A stretch of DNA of 64,000 nt from an uncultured Alcanivorax sp. (GTDB lineage Bacteria; Pseudomonadota; Gammaproteobacteria; Pseudomonadales; Alcanivoracaceae): the NCBI GenBank assembly GCA_913055795.1, contig CAJXLA010000001.1:9997-73996 (forward strand), given 5' to 3'. Of this stretch, positions 1 to 9,513 are shown piece by piece; the first letter of the stretch is position 1, and every line of letters starts with the position of its first letter. The notes below the pieces were generated by a model, which saw only the letters and a list, made by a program, of their open reading frames with translations, had not been told where the DNA came from and did not search any database. The position numbers were made by a program, and so were the translations under genes.

Positions 1-650
1 AGATAGCGCAGCTGCAGCGCCTGAGGCTGTTGGGCCAGTGTGGTGGCCGCATCCAGCAAGCGTTCGGACGCCTCCAGCTCGCCATTGGCGTGGATCACCT
101 TGGCGCGCCGGACCCGCTCGGCTTCGGCCTGACGGGCAATCACGCGCACCATGTCCTCGTCCAGATCCACGTGCTTGATCTCCACATTGGACACCTTGAT
201 GCCCCAGGCGTCGGTCTGCTCGTCCAGAATGGTCTGGATGTCCGCGTTCAGCTCATCCCGCGAAGCAAGCATTTCGTCCAGCTCGTGCTTGCCCAGCACC
301 GAGCGCAGCGTGGTCTGAGAGAGCTGGCTGGTGGCGGAATAGAAATCCTCCACATTGATCACCGATTTCTGCGCATCCAGAATGCGGAAATAGAGCACGG
401 CGTTGACCTTCACCGAGACGTTATCCCGCGAGATCACATCCTGGGAAGGTACGTCCAGCACCCGGATACGCAGGTCCACGCGCACCATCTGCTGGATCAA
501 GGGAATCACGATGATCAGACCCGGTCCCTTGACCTTGTGAAAGCGCCCCAGCATGAAGATGACCCCGCGCTCGTATTCGCGCAGGATGCGAAACATGCTT
601 GCCAGCAGTGCAATGACAATAACCGCAATGGATAATCCGAAATAACTCAT
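1..650 (-). CDS. SPFH/band-7 (stomatin-like, slipin) membrane protein, 3' end outside window
   Basis: Manual translation from ATG at 650: [37 protein letters not shown]...ALQLRYL. The start overlaps the nfeD stop (ATGA). Confidence 0.92.
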   Translation of the reverse strand, partial: MSYFGLSIAVIVIALLASMFRILREYERGVIFMLGRFHKVKGPGLIIVIPLIQQMVRVDLRIRVLDVPSQDVISRDNVSVKVNAVLYFRILDAQKSVINVEDFYSATSQLSQTTLRSVLGKHELDEMLASRDELNADIQTILDEQTDAWGIKVSNVEIKHVDLDEDMVRVIARQAEAERVRRAKVIHANGELEASERLLDAATTLAQQPQALQLRY

Positions 651-2083
651 TCCTGTGCCTCCACGTAAAGTGTCAGTCCATCGATGTTCCGGATGCGCAG
701 GAGCTGGTCCTTGCGCACCGGCGTGTCCGTGCGGGCGTGCCACATTTCGCCCATGGCTCGCACACGGCCTTCCCGGTCGAAATCCTCCAGCGCGCGCGCC
801 GTTTCATTGCGCATGCCTTCCATGCCGCTGACCACTTCATGGCGGAAAGCTTTGAAGGCCAGACGCAGTACCACCGAGAGAATCAACACGGAGGCCACGC
901 CGAAGGCGGCGATTATGGGCATGGCGATCTGGTAGCCGGGCAGATCCGTATCCATAAGCATGATGGAGCCGACGATAAAGGCGACGCCTCCCCCGAGGCC
1001 GAGCACACCGAAGGTGGGGGTAAAGGCCTCGGTAACCATCAAACCGATGCCCAGCACGATCAGGCCCAGCCCCACATAGCTGATAGGCAGCATCTGCAGG
1101 GCATAGAGGGCGGTAAGCAGACAGATGGCCCCCACCACGCCGGGTACACCCATGCCCGGGTTGTAGAACTCCAGAATAATGCCGTAGATGCCGATCATGA
1201 GCAGGATATAGGCAACACTGGGATTGGTGATGGTGGACAGGAAGTTGGTGCGCCAGTCCTTTTCAACCCGTTGCACGGGGGCGTCGGACAGCGCCAGGGT
1301 GCGTGCGCCGGACTGCGTTTCCACGCTGCGCCCGTCGAGTTGCGCCATCAGATCGTCCAGGCTGTCCGCCTGGATATCGATGACGTTTTGTTCCAGCGCG
1401 GCGGACGAGGATAGACTCACCGATTCGCGCACGGCACGCTCGGCCCAGTCCGCGTTGCGACCGCGCTTTTCCGCCAGGCCCCGGATATAGGCCACGGCGT
1501 CATTGATGCGCTTGCGTTCCATGGCGTCGGCGGAGTCCTTGCCGCCGGAAGATTCCTGCTCTTTTGAATCGGCCTCCTCTTCACCCTGGCCGCCGCCGAA
1601 GGGCAGGGGGTTGCTGTCGTCGCCGCCGCCTCCGCCCATCTGCACGGGCGTGGCCGCGCCCAGATTGGTAGCCGGGGCCATGGCGGCAAAATGAGACGCA
1701 TAGAGGATATAGGTGCCGGCACTCGCCGCCCGGGCGCCTTCCGGCGCCACCCAGGTGACCACGGGCACGGGCGAGGCGAGCAGGGCCTGGATCATTTCAC
1801 GCATGGACTTGTCCAGCCCACCCGGCGTGTCCAGTTTGAGCACGAACAACTCGGCATTCGCTTCCGCCGCGTTCTCCAGCGCGCGAGCGAACCAGTCCGC
1901 CGGCGCCGGGCCGATGCCGCCTGTCAGGGTCATGACATGAACAGCACCGCCCGCTTCGCTCTGCTGCTGATCCTGCGCCTGAACACCCGCGCCCCAGAGA
2001 GCAAGGACGGGGAACAGCAATACCACCAATGCGCGCAGAAAAAGCCGCGGGGTGGTATCGAATCGCCGGGCCATGAAGTTCAT
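647..2083 (-). CDS. nfeD: NfeD family membrane-bound serine protease (long form)
   Basis: [13 protein letters not shown] and TNLGAATP motifs, TM region, C-terminal OB-like GEMW motif. Paired with the SPFH gene. AAGGGAG RBS before ATG 2083. Confidence 0.92.
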   Translation of the reverse strand: MNFMARRFDTTPRLFLRALVVLLFPVLALWGAGVQAQDQQQSEAGGAVHVMTLTGGIGPAPADWFARALENAAEANAELFVLKLDTPGGLDKSMREMIQALLASPVPVVTWVAPEGARAASAGTYILYASHFAAMAPATNLGAATPVQMGGGGGDDSNPLPFGGGQGEEEADSKEQESSGGKDSADAMERKRINDAVAYIRGLAEKRGRNADWAERAVRESVSLSSSAALEQNVIDIQADSLDDLMAQLDGRSVETQSGARTLALSDAPVQRVEKDWRTNFLSTITNPSVAYILLMIGIYGIILEFYNPGMGVPGVVGAICLLTALYALQMLPISYVGLGLIVLGIGLMVTEAFTPTFGVLGLGGGVAFIVGSIMLMDTDLPGYQIAMPIIAAFGVASVLILSVVLRLAFKAFRHEVVSGMEGMRNETARALEDFDREGRVRAMGEMWHARTDTPVRKDQLLRIRNIDGLTLYVEAQE

Positions 2084-2163
2084 GCCGTTCTCCCTTATGG
2101 ACGGGCTTCCTGCCAGCAGCATACAAGTTGACGCGGCGCGGGTGTACAGGCGCCGCCGGTTTT

Positions 2164-5100
2164 TTACGCGGCCCTGCGGCGCCGGCTCATGGCGGCCACC
2201 GTCAGCGCGGGCAGAGCGGTGACGGTGACCAGGGCCGTGCCCATGAGCCCGAAGAGCACAATGGCGCCCACGCCCCGGTAGAGTTCCGTACCCGAGCCGG
2301 GCAGAAAGACCAGCGGCGCCAGGCCCGAAACCGTCGTCAGCGTGGACATGGCGATAGGGCGCAGGCGTGAAGCCACGGCTTCGCGCACCGCTTCCAGGGA
2401 CGAGCTCATGCCCTCGCGGAGATTGGTCATGGATCGGTGCACGACCAGAATGGGGTTGTTCACGACCGTACCCATGAGAATCAGAAAGCCCAGCATGGAA
2501 ATCATGTCGAAGGGCTGGCGAAAGCCCTGCAGGCCCATCCATTCCATGAGCTGACCGGCGCCGTTCATCAGCACCAGCCCCACGATGCCGCTGGCAATGC
2601 CCATGGGGATGGTGGCCATGATCAGCAGGGGATAGCCCCAGTGGGTAAAGATGGCCACCAGCAGCAGGAAGATGATCGCCAGCGCTACCATATAGTTCGC
2701 GCCCAGCGCCTCGCGCGTGGCCTGAAGCTGATCGGCGGCACCGGAAATTTCCAGATTCACGGACTGCGGGATCTGACCTTCATAGCGCAGATGATCCACC
2801 ACCTCGTTGCGCACCCGTTGTACACCGGTTTCCAGCGCTACATCACGCGGCGGAATAATATTGAGTGTCACAGTGCGTCGCGCATTGACCCGGCGTACCT
2901 GGGCGGTGTCCACGGTTTCATGGATCTGCGCCATGCTTGTCAGCGGCAGGGTGCCGCCGCCGGGCGTATGGATGGGCAATTGTTCCAGATTGTCCAGACG
3001 CGCTTGCGTGCCCGTATCGCTGTAGAGATAGATGTCGATCTTTTCGTCCGCCTGGAAGAACTCGTCCACGAAGGCGCCATCGGTCAGCGCGGCCACGTTG
3101 AAGCCCAGATCCTGTGTGCTCAGGCCCAGCTCCGAGGCTCGATCCCAGTCCGGGCGCACCTCGACCAGGGGCTGTGCCAGCTGCAGTGTTGAGGGGTTGG
3201 CCTGGATGCGCGGGTTGTCGAAGACGGCCTCGGCGCGGGCATAGGCGGCATTGCCCACGGCATAGATATCCGCCAGATCGGGACCGGAAATGTTCAGATT
3301 GACGCTGCGCGTGCCGCCGTCATTGCTGGTAATGATCGAGCCGCGCGCGGCAAAGGCGCGCATGCCCGGATATTGCTCGTACTTTGCCGAGATGGCATCC
3401 ATCAGTGGTTCGATATGGTTGATATCCACGGACTCGGTGATGATGCGGATGTTCTGGGCGCTGATGCTCATGTTCAGGTACTTCATGGCCGGCACCTCGG
3501 TTTCGCCCTGGTCGAAACGGGCCGGGTCGTCACCCACATAGGGCATGAAGTAGTCTTCCAGTTCCTGGCCGATTTCGTGCATGGTGTCCAGGTTGTAGCC
3601 CGGCGGGGCATTCATGCTGGCAAAGGTCTTGGGCTCCTCGCCTTCGGGCAGGTATTCCGCCGGAGGTGTAAGCACGAAGATAATGAACAGCGCCGCGGCC
3701 AAAGCCACGCCCACACAGCTCCAGCGCCGCCGCGGCGTGGCCAGCAACCAGTCCACGCGCGCGAGCACCTTTTGCTGCAACCGCGCGCCCCGGCCGCTGC
3801 TCTGGTCCAGGCCCGAAAAATCCAGCCGTGCGGCGGCCGTGGGGATGACGGTGGTGGCCACCAGCATGGACACGAGGATGGACGCGGACACGCCGATGGC
3901 GATATCCGAATAGAGCTGGCCCGCCTCCTCTTCGATGAAGACAATGGGCGTAAAGACCAGCACCGTGGTGAGCGTGGACGCCAGCACCGCCGGCCAGACC
4001 TTGCGCACCCCGGCGGCCGCCGCCTTGAACCGTTCCAGGCCCTTGCGCCGTTCCAGTTCGATGCTTTCCAGCACCACAATGGAGTTGTCCAGCGTCATGC
4101 CGATGGCGAAGGCCACGCCGGCCAGGGAAATCACATTGATGGTGCGCCCGGTAATCAGCAGGCCCAGGAAGGCGGCGATGGTGCAGATGGGAACGCCCAT
4201 GACGCCCACCAGTGTGGCGCGTCCCGAACGCAGGAACAGGAACATCACCGCCGTGGCGAACACCGCGCCCAGGGCCAGGTTTTTCCAGACGCTGCGCACG
4301 GAGTCTTCCACATAACCGGCGTCCTCGGCGGTCAGTTCCAGCTTCATGCCCGCGGGCTCGAGCACTTCTTCGTTGATCCGCTCCATGCGCTCAAGCATGG
4401 CGTACTTGATGTCGATGACATTGGAGCCGCTTTCCCGGCGAACCGACAGGGAGATGACCGGCTGGCGATTGACGTAGCTGTAGCGGCGCAGCTCGAAGTG
4501 GTCCTGTTTGATGGCCGCCACATCACTGAGGCGGGTAATCGAATCCCCACTGCGCTGGAGCACCATGGCCCGGAGTTCATCCAGGTCCTCGAAACGGCCC
4601 TGGGTGCGCAGCAGATAACGGCGCTTGCCGCTTTCCAGCTGGCCGCCGGAGACATCCTGGTTGCGCGCGCGGATGGCGTCGCGGACCTGGGCGGGGGAGA
4701 GGTTGCGTTGGGCCAGCGCATCGGGCTGGAGCTTGATCTGAACCTGACGCTCGGCTCCGCCGCCCACCTCTACCAGCGACACGCCGTCCACGCGTTCCAT
4801 GCGCGGACGCACATTGTCGTCGATGAAGTCGCGCATCAGGTCCATGTCCAGCTCGCGCGGATTGCCGGGCAGGGGGGATACGCGGAAATACATGAAGGAG
4901 TTCGAGGAAAAGGACGCGGCGTAAATGCGCGGTTCGTCCACATTGGTGGGGTAGCTGGGCACCTGGGTCAGGGCGTTGTTGACCCGGATCAGCGTCTCGG
5001 TCATGTCGATGCCGAAGGGGAACTCCAGCTCCACTTCCGCCTCGCCGCTGGAGGCGGTACTCGTCATTTCCTCCAGGTTGGGGATGTTCTGCAGGTATTC

Positions 5101-5298
5101 CTCCTGCTCGATGAGGATTTCCTTTTCAATGTCCTGGGGGGTGGCGCCGGGCCAGGCCGTGCGGACCGTGATGGTGCGCACTTCCAGATCCGGAATCATC
5201 TGCACCGGAATGCGCATGGCCGCCAGTACGCCCAGCACCGAAATGATCAGCACCACCACGGTCATGAGGGTGCCGTGGCGAATAATGCGCTCGAACAT
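2164..5298 (-). CDS. RND efflux transporter permease (AcrB/AcrD/AcrF family)
   Basis: 1044 aa. AIGMTLDNSIVVLE, GTVVNNPIL and RLRPIAMSTLTT motifs. Confidence 0.95.
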   Translation of the reverse strand: MFERIIRHGTLMTVVVLIISVLGVLAAMRIPVQMIPDLEVRTITVRTAWPGATPQDIEKEILIEQEEYLQNIPNLEEMTSTASSGEAEVELEFPFGIDMTETLIRVNNALTQVPSYPTNVDEPRIYAASFSSNSFMYFRVSPLPGNPRELDMDLMRDFIDDNVRPRMERVDGVSLVEVGGGAERQVQIKLQPDALAQRNLSPAQVRDAIRARNQDVSGGQLESGKRRYLLRTQGRFEDLDELRAMVLQRSGDSITRLSDVAAIKQDHFELRRYSYVNRQPVISLSVRRESGSNVIDIKYAMLERMERINEEVLEPAGMKLELTAEDAGYVEDSVRSVWKNLALGAVFATAVMFLFLRSGRATLVGVMGVPICTIAAFLGLLITGRTINVISLAGVAFAIGMTLDNSIVVLESIELERRKGLERFKAAAAGVRKVWPAVLASTLTTVLVFTPIVFIEEEAGQLYSDIAIGVSASILVSMLVATTVIPTAAARLDFSGLDQSSGRGARLQQKVLARVDWLLATPRRRWSCVGVALAAALFIIFVLTPPAEYLPEGEEPKTFASMNAPPGYNLDTMHEIGQELEDYFMPYVGDDPARFDQGETEVPAMKYLNMSISAQNIRIITESVDINHIEPLMDAISAKYEQYPGMRAFAARGSIITSNDGGTRSVNLNISGPDLADIYAVGNAAYARAEAVFDNPRIQANPSTLQLAQPLVEVRPDWDRASELGLSTQDLGFNVAALTDGAFVDEFFQADEKIDIYLYSDTGTQARLDNLEQLPIHTPGGGTLPLTSMAQIHETVDTAQVRRVNARRTVTLNIIPPRDVALETGVQRVRNEVVDHLRYEGQIPQSVNLEISGAADQLQATREALGANYMVALAIIFLLLVAIFTHWGYPLLIMATIPMGIASGIVGLVLMNGAGQLMEWMGLQGFRQPFDMISMLGFLILMGTVVNNPILVVHRSMTNLREGMSSSLEAVREAVASRLRPIAMSTLTTVSGLAPLVFLPGSGTELYRGVGAIVLFGLMGTALVTVTALPALTVAAMSRRRRAA

Positions 5299-5303
5299 GC
5301 CCC

Positions 5304-6380
5304 TCAGCTCCCGCCGCTATCGGAGATGCGGACCTGCTGCTCCGGGTTGAGCGCTTCATTGCCCTGGACCACCACCCGCGTGCCGGCTTCCAGGCCGGAA
5401 CGGATTTCCACCTTGCCGCCGAAGGTGAGCCCGGTTTCCACGCGGCGTTCCCGCACCCGGGTTTCGCCATCGGCTTCCTTGATTTCCCAGACCGTGGTGC
5501 GTCCGTCCGGATGCCGGATGAGCGCGTCGCGCGGGACCACCACGGATTTACGGCCGGTATCCAGTGCCAGCACGGCACTGGCCCCCATACCCGGCTGCAG
5601 GGCCTTGTCCGCGTCCCGCAGTTCGGTGCGCAGCAAAAAGGTGCGCGCCTGGGGGTCGTTCACCGGCACAATGGCGCGCACCCGGGCGGGGAAGGCGTTA
5701 TCGGGCAGGGCGTCCAGCTCTACGGTGACAGCGGTATTCTCGGACAATCGCGGCAGATAGCGTTGCGCCACGCGGAAATCGAGGCGCAGCTGGTCCAGGT
5801 TTACCACTTCCATCACGCCGTCGCCCGGCGTGACCCATTCCCCCGGATCCACCATGCGGCGGCTGACCACGCCGGAGAAGGGTGTCGAGACCCTGTGCCG
5901 CTCCAGCTCGGCGCGCCGCTGATCGGCCACGCCGCGCAGCCGCTCCAGCGCCTGCTCATCCATGGCCACTTCCGCTTCCAGCGAGCGGATTTCGGACTGC
6001 GAGATGTTCTGGTCCAGGTTGCGCGCTTCCCGGAGCCGCCGGCGAGCATCATCCAGCGCGGCCCTGGCTTCATCCGCCTCCGCGCGGGCCGCGCGCAGCT
6101 GCGCCTCGGTGATTTCCCGGTCCAGCTGGACCAGCGGCGCATCGGCGTCCACCGCGTCGCCTACATCCGCGCTCAGTTGCGTGACGCGGCCGGCTACGGC
6201 GGCCGAAACCTCCGCATGACGCAGCGCCACCACCGAACCGTTGACCCGGACTTCCTCGATGATGGGCCGGCGTTCGACGGTTTCCAGGCCCACAGTGGGC
6301 ACCTGGGCGTGGGCGAGTCCGGATAGCAGGACAAAACCGATCAGTGCCGCCCAAGCGCGAAACCGGGACCACTCATTCAT
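5304..6380 (-). CDS. RND efflux periplasmic adaptor (membrane fusion protein)
   Basis: Signal-like N-terminus, lipoyl/hairpin pattern (PFSGVV..R.VDPGEWV), C-terminal GLEAGTRVVVQG. CAGGAG RBS. Confidence 0.93.
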   Translation of the reverse strand: MNEWSRFRAWAALIGFVLLSGLAHAQVPTVGLETVERRPIIEEVRVNGSVVALRHAEVSAAVAGRVTQLSADVGDAVDADAPLVQLDREITEAQLRAARAEADEARAALDDARRRLREARNLDQNISQSEIRSLEAEVAMDEQALERLRGVADQRRAELERHRVSTPFSGVVSRRMVDPGEWVTPGDGVMEVVNLDQLRLDFRVAQRYLPRLSENTAVTVELDALPDNAFPARVRAIVPVNDPQARTFLLRTELRDADKALQPGMGASAVLALDTGRKSVVVPRDALIRHPDGRTTVWEIKEADGETRVRERRVETGLTFGGKVEIRSGLEAGTRVVVQGNEALNPEQQVRISDSGGS

Positions 6381-6522
6381 GAGCAACACTTCTCCTGTGT
6401 ACGCGGGCAAGTGAGGGGCTTCAAAGGTATAGCATGCGCATCGTTGCGAAAACCGTGTGAAGGCCGCGTGCACGGGAATGCCAATAAATAGCTGCTCGTG
6501 CGCTGATTTCTTGCCAACCTCA

Positions 6523-6550
6523 ACTTCGCATAATGTAGATTATGTTAAAT
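6523..6550 (+). other. dif: dif site (XerC/XerD recombination site)
   Basis: ACTTCGCATAA-TGTAGA-TTATGTTAAAT versus E. coli dif GGTGCGCATAA-TGTATA-TTATGTTAAAT. The XerD arm is identical and the site is intergenic. Confidence 0.93.
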
Positions 6551-6869
6551 ATAACATGGCTCACAAAATCGATCCCGTGGGCCCTGATCACGAGCCATCG
6601 TCGCGGTTATTCTTGTGGTTGCAGTCGTCCCCCGTTTCAGGGTTCCGATGCGGTACTGTTTCCGAGCAGCTCTCGCGGCTGTCGTGGCGCGCCGGCTCCT
6701 CTCTGCTGATTTCGGGAAGACGCTTGCCGGTCCCTTCTTCGACGTCGTCCTGGGCGGATTCCGGGGACTCATTTGCGGCCAGCAGGTACACGGCCAGCAG
6801 TGCCGCCATCGGGCTCCAGAAAGCGACCTGCGCGGTGTATGCGATTGGGTTCCTGGAAAACCGAAAACC

Positions 6870-7329
6870 TAGGAATAAATGCGTGAGCGTCAAACGCTTG
6901 GATGCCGGGCGTGGCCCTGGGCCAGCCGGTCCAGCGGGCCCTGGTCCCGGAAATAATGAACATGACCCCGGAAATCCGACTGCTCCGCCGCGATGGCCTG
7001 CAACTCGTCCCGATAACAGGCTCGCGCGGGGGCATGACGCAATACATCAGGTCCACCGGCCCCCGGGACAGGCCGCGCCGGATGGGCAAGTAAAAGGACG
7101 AAGGCCGACAGGCCGAGCCGGTGACGGAGCGTCCACAAACGGCTCAACCCGCCGAAAAGCCGATCCAGTCGGGGCAGGCCCACGCTGATCATGCCCGCGA
7201 GCAGCAGGCAGGACAGTCCCGCGACACCGGTGACCCGCCCTGCCCGCTCCAGCCCCGCGTCAGCGCGGACGCCAGGCTCACCAGCGCCAGCACTGTCAGG
7301 GGGGTCCAGCAGCTACCCGGATTGTTCAT
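6870..7329 (-). pseudogene. Degenerate ferric reductase-like transmembrane/FAD-NAD oxidoreductase remnant
   Basis: Fragments in different frames: GRVTGVAGLSCLLLAGMISVGLPRLDRLFGGLSRLWTLRHRLGLSAFVLLLAHP (TM part) joined directly to PVDLMYCV and ACYRDELQAIA...HVHYFRDQGPL (NAD-binding-like part). Confidence 0.7.
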
Positions 7330-7471
7330 GCTCGTGCTCTGTGGGCGGAGCAGGCAGGACTGCAGCCTCGGGTGTCCGTTTAATGGGTCCTTCCGGTAGC
7401 CGGCTTGAGCGCGAAGGTTTCGCGATCTGGTAGAGTAACGACGACGGTCACAAATCCAGGTTGCTCCGATT

Positions 7472-7918
7472 ATGGGTGAGCTCGAAGGGACCTTGTTTGA
7501 AGGTCTGCAGGCGCTGTCCGATTCCGCCTTCCCCAAGGAGTGTTCCCGGTGCGGGCGCCAATATCATTCGCCGCGTGATTTTGTCCGTGAGTCGCGCCCG
7601 CCCCCTAACGGTTCCGGGTTCAAGTCCGGCTACGATGACGACGAATCAACGGTGCTCCAGCTTTTTCGCAACTGTGAATGCGGCTCCACCCTGATGGACT
7701 TCTTCAACGACCGCCGGGACACGAGTGAGCGTGGTCAGAAAAGGCGGCAATTGTTCGGCGAATTGCTCGACACCCTGGAACAACAGGGTATGCCGCCGGA
7801 TGAAGCCCGTCCGGAGCTGCGCAAGCTCATGAATGGAGAGCACAGCGAGCAGCTGGAAGCCATGGGCGCGCGCATCAGCATCCGCAGCCGTGTACAGGAA
7901 GACGACGGCTCGGCCTGA
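7472..7918 (+). CDS. Hypothetical protein with CxxC...CxC putative metal-binding motifs
   Basis: 148-aa ORF with typical codon usage. FPKECSRCG and FRNCECGSTL motifs. Confidence 0.8.
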   Translation: MGELEGTLFEGLQALSDSAFPKECSRCGRQYHSPRDFVRESRPPPNGSGFKSGYDDDESTVLQLFRNCECGSTLMDFFNDRRDTSERGQKRRQLFGELLDTLEQQGMPPDEARPELRKLMNGEHSEQLEAMGARISIRSRVQEDDGSA

Positions 7919-8071
7919 TCGGTTCCGGATGGGCAGCCTGGCCGGGGCTCGATCGACGGTCGAAACCCGGCATCAGGAAGACGCTTTCGGCGCTTAAAAC
8001 GCCCTTTTTTCATATAGATAGAATGCAAACTTAAAGTTTTTTTTCAAGGTTGGTTTTCGGCAAGATTCCAC

Positions 8072-8580
8072 TCACGCAACGCCTGTCGGAAAATGCCCCC
8101 TGGCACTGCTCAGAAAGAGTCCGGCCATAGCGGCGGCGACGGCGATGTCCGGCCAGCCGCTGCCCGTCCAGGCTACGAGTCCGGCCGCCCCGATAACGGT
8201 CAGATTGTTGATGGCATCATTGCGCGAGCACAGCCATACGGAGCGCAGATTGGCGTCGCCGTCCCGAAAGCGCATCAGCAGGCCCGCACTGGTCATGTTG
8301 GCCCCGAGCGCGATCAGGCCCACACCGGCCATGAGCGCGGCGTCCGGCGGCTGCGGTTCCAGCGCGCGGAATGGCCGATCACGGCCAGGGTCAGGCCATA
8401 GGTGAAGGCATCACCGGCGAAATCCAGGGCATCGGCCAGCAGCGCCCGCGAGCCCGCGATCTGTCCCGCTACCACCTCCACCCGGAACAGGGTGATATTG
8501 ATGGCCAGTACCCAGCTCAGCGCGCGCCGATAGCCCGGGGAAGCGCCGTCACAGGGGGTGTTGTCGTCACAACAGGCCAC
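8072..8580 (-). pseudogene. Cation diffusion facilitator (Co/Zn/Cd efflux)-type transporter pseudogene
   Basis: N-part (LLADALDFAGDAFTYG) and C-part (DGDANLRSVWLCSRND) are in different frames with the middle helix missing. A second frameshift lies in a G5 run near the 3' end. Confidence 0.85.
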
Positions 8581-8658
8581 GAGCTGGCTCCCGAAACTTC
8601 ACGCGGCAAGGGCATTGTGAACCCCGTGGCCCCTGCGGGCTCCGCGCGCCGGGCTGCT

Positions 8659-9444
8659 TCAGAATATGGAGATATTCTGGGCCGCCGGCAGGGGCTTGCC
8701 CTCCTCCAGCGGCCGTTCGTCCAGGTTGAACACCACGCGCGGATGACGGCGTTCCTCGATGGCCTCGATGACGTCGTCGTCGGCGCGGTTGGCAAAAAAA
8801 TGCGCCAGCTGCCATTGATCCGTTTCCCAGATATGCTCCGGGATGTCCTTCATGAAGGAAATCCGGCCGGTATTGCGCTCGGGATCATAGCTGTGGGCGA
8901 TGCCCACATGGATGTTGAACCCGCCCTGGGCCAGCTGTTCCGCATGGGGTAGGCCCGGCACCATGAAACCGTCGATGTACTGATCCGCCGTTTCGCGCAG
9001 TTCGCGCGAGACATTGTTGAAGCCCAGCACGTCCACGCGGATGCCCCGGTCCTGGAGCGCCGTGACCACCTTGGTCATATCACCGTCGCCCGTGCACAGC
9101 AGCACCCGGTCCAGGCGCTGGGTCTGGAGCAGCATGTCCACGGCCATGTCCAGATCGGCGTTGGACTTGGGGTGCTCGTTGCCCTCCTCGTCCCGTTGCC
9201 ACTTCACGGTCTTGATCACCACCTTGAACCCGGTGCGGCGCAGGGCTTCGTGATAGCCCAGGTTCTTGTCGCGATAGACCGGGTCCGTGTCGGCCCTGCG
9301 GGCGTCATAGGCGATATAGGTGTTCATGCGGATGGGCATGGCTCCGTCCCGGGTGGCGAGGTTGCGCAGGACGTTGTAATCCATGCCGAAGCCGCCGTTC
9401 GACTGGACATTGGAGCCATCCACGAAGATACCAACGCGTTTCAC
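8659..9444 (-). CDS. NYN domain (LabA/DUF88, PIN-like) protein with C-terminal extension
   Basis: IFVDGSN, NADLDMAVD, TGDGD and LRETAD acidic motifs. GGAGG RBS before GTG 9444. Confidence 0.9.
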   Translation of the reverse strand: MKRVGIFVDGSNVQSNGGFGMDYNVLRNLATRDGAMPIRMNTYIAYDARRADTDPVYRDKNLGYHEALRRTGFKVVIKTVKWQRDEEGNEHPKSNADLDMAVDMLLQTQRLDRVLLCTGDGDMTKVVTALQDRGIRVDVLGFNNVSRELRETADQYIDGFMVPGLPHAEQLAQGGFNIHVGIAHSYDPERNTGRISFMKDIPEHIWETDQWQLAHFFANRADDDVIEAIEERRHPRVVFNLDERPLEEGKPLPAAQNISIF

Positions 9445-9513
9445 ATCACCTCCCGTGCACAAGGGTTCGGAAAAACCGCGAAATTCTATCACGCCGTGGT
9501 GAGCGGTGCGTGA

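Noticed and set aside
30..635. 201-aa plus-strand ORF and other long antisense ORFs (e.g. 3373-5760, 36147-38477, 42145-44349, 55026-57686)
   Set aside because: They are shadow frames of well-supported genes on the opposite strand, as expected in high-GC DNA, and carry no family motifs.
6542..6557. ATGTTA-N4-TAACAT palindrome as an RND operator
   Set aside because: It overlaps the XerD arm of dif, which already explains half of it.
6588..6893. 101-aa minus-strand ORF next to dif
   Set aside because: TTG start without a clear RBS and no recognisable family. Probably a remnant, so not called as a gene.
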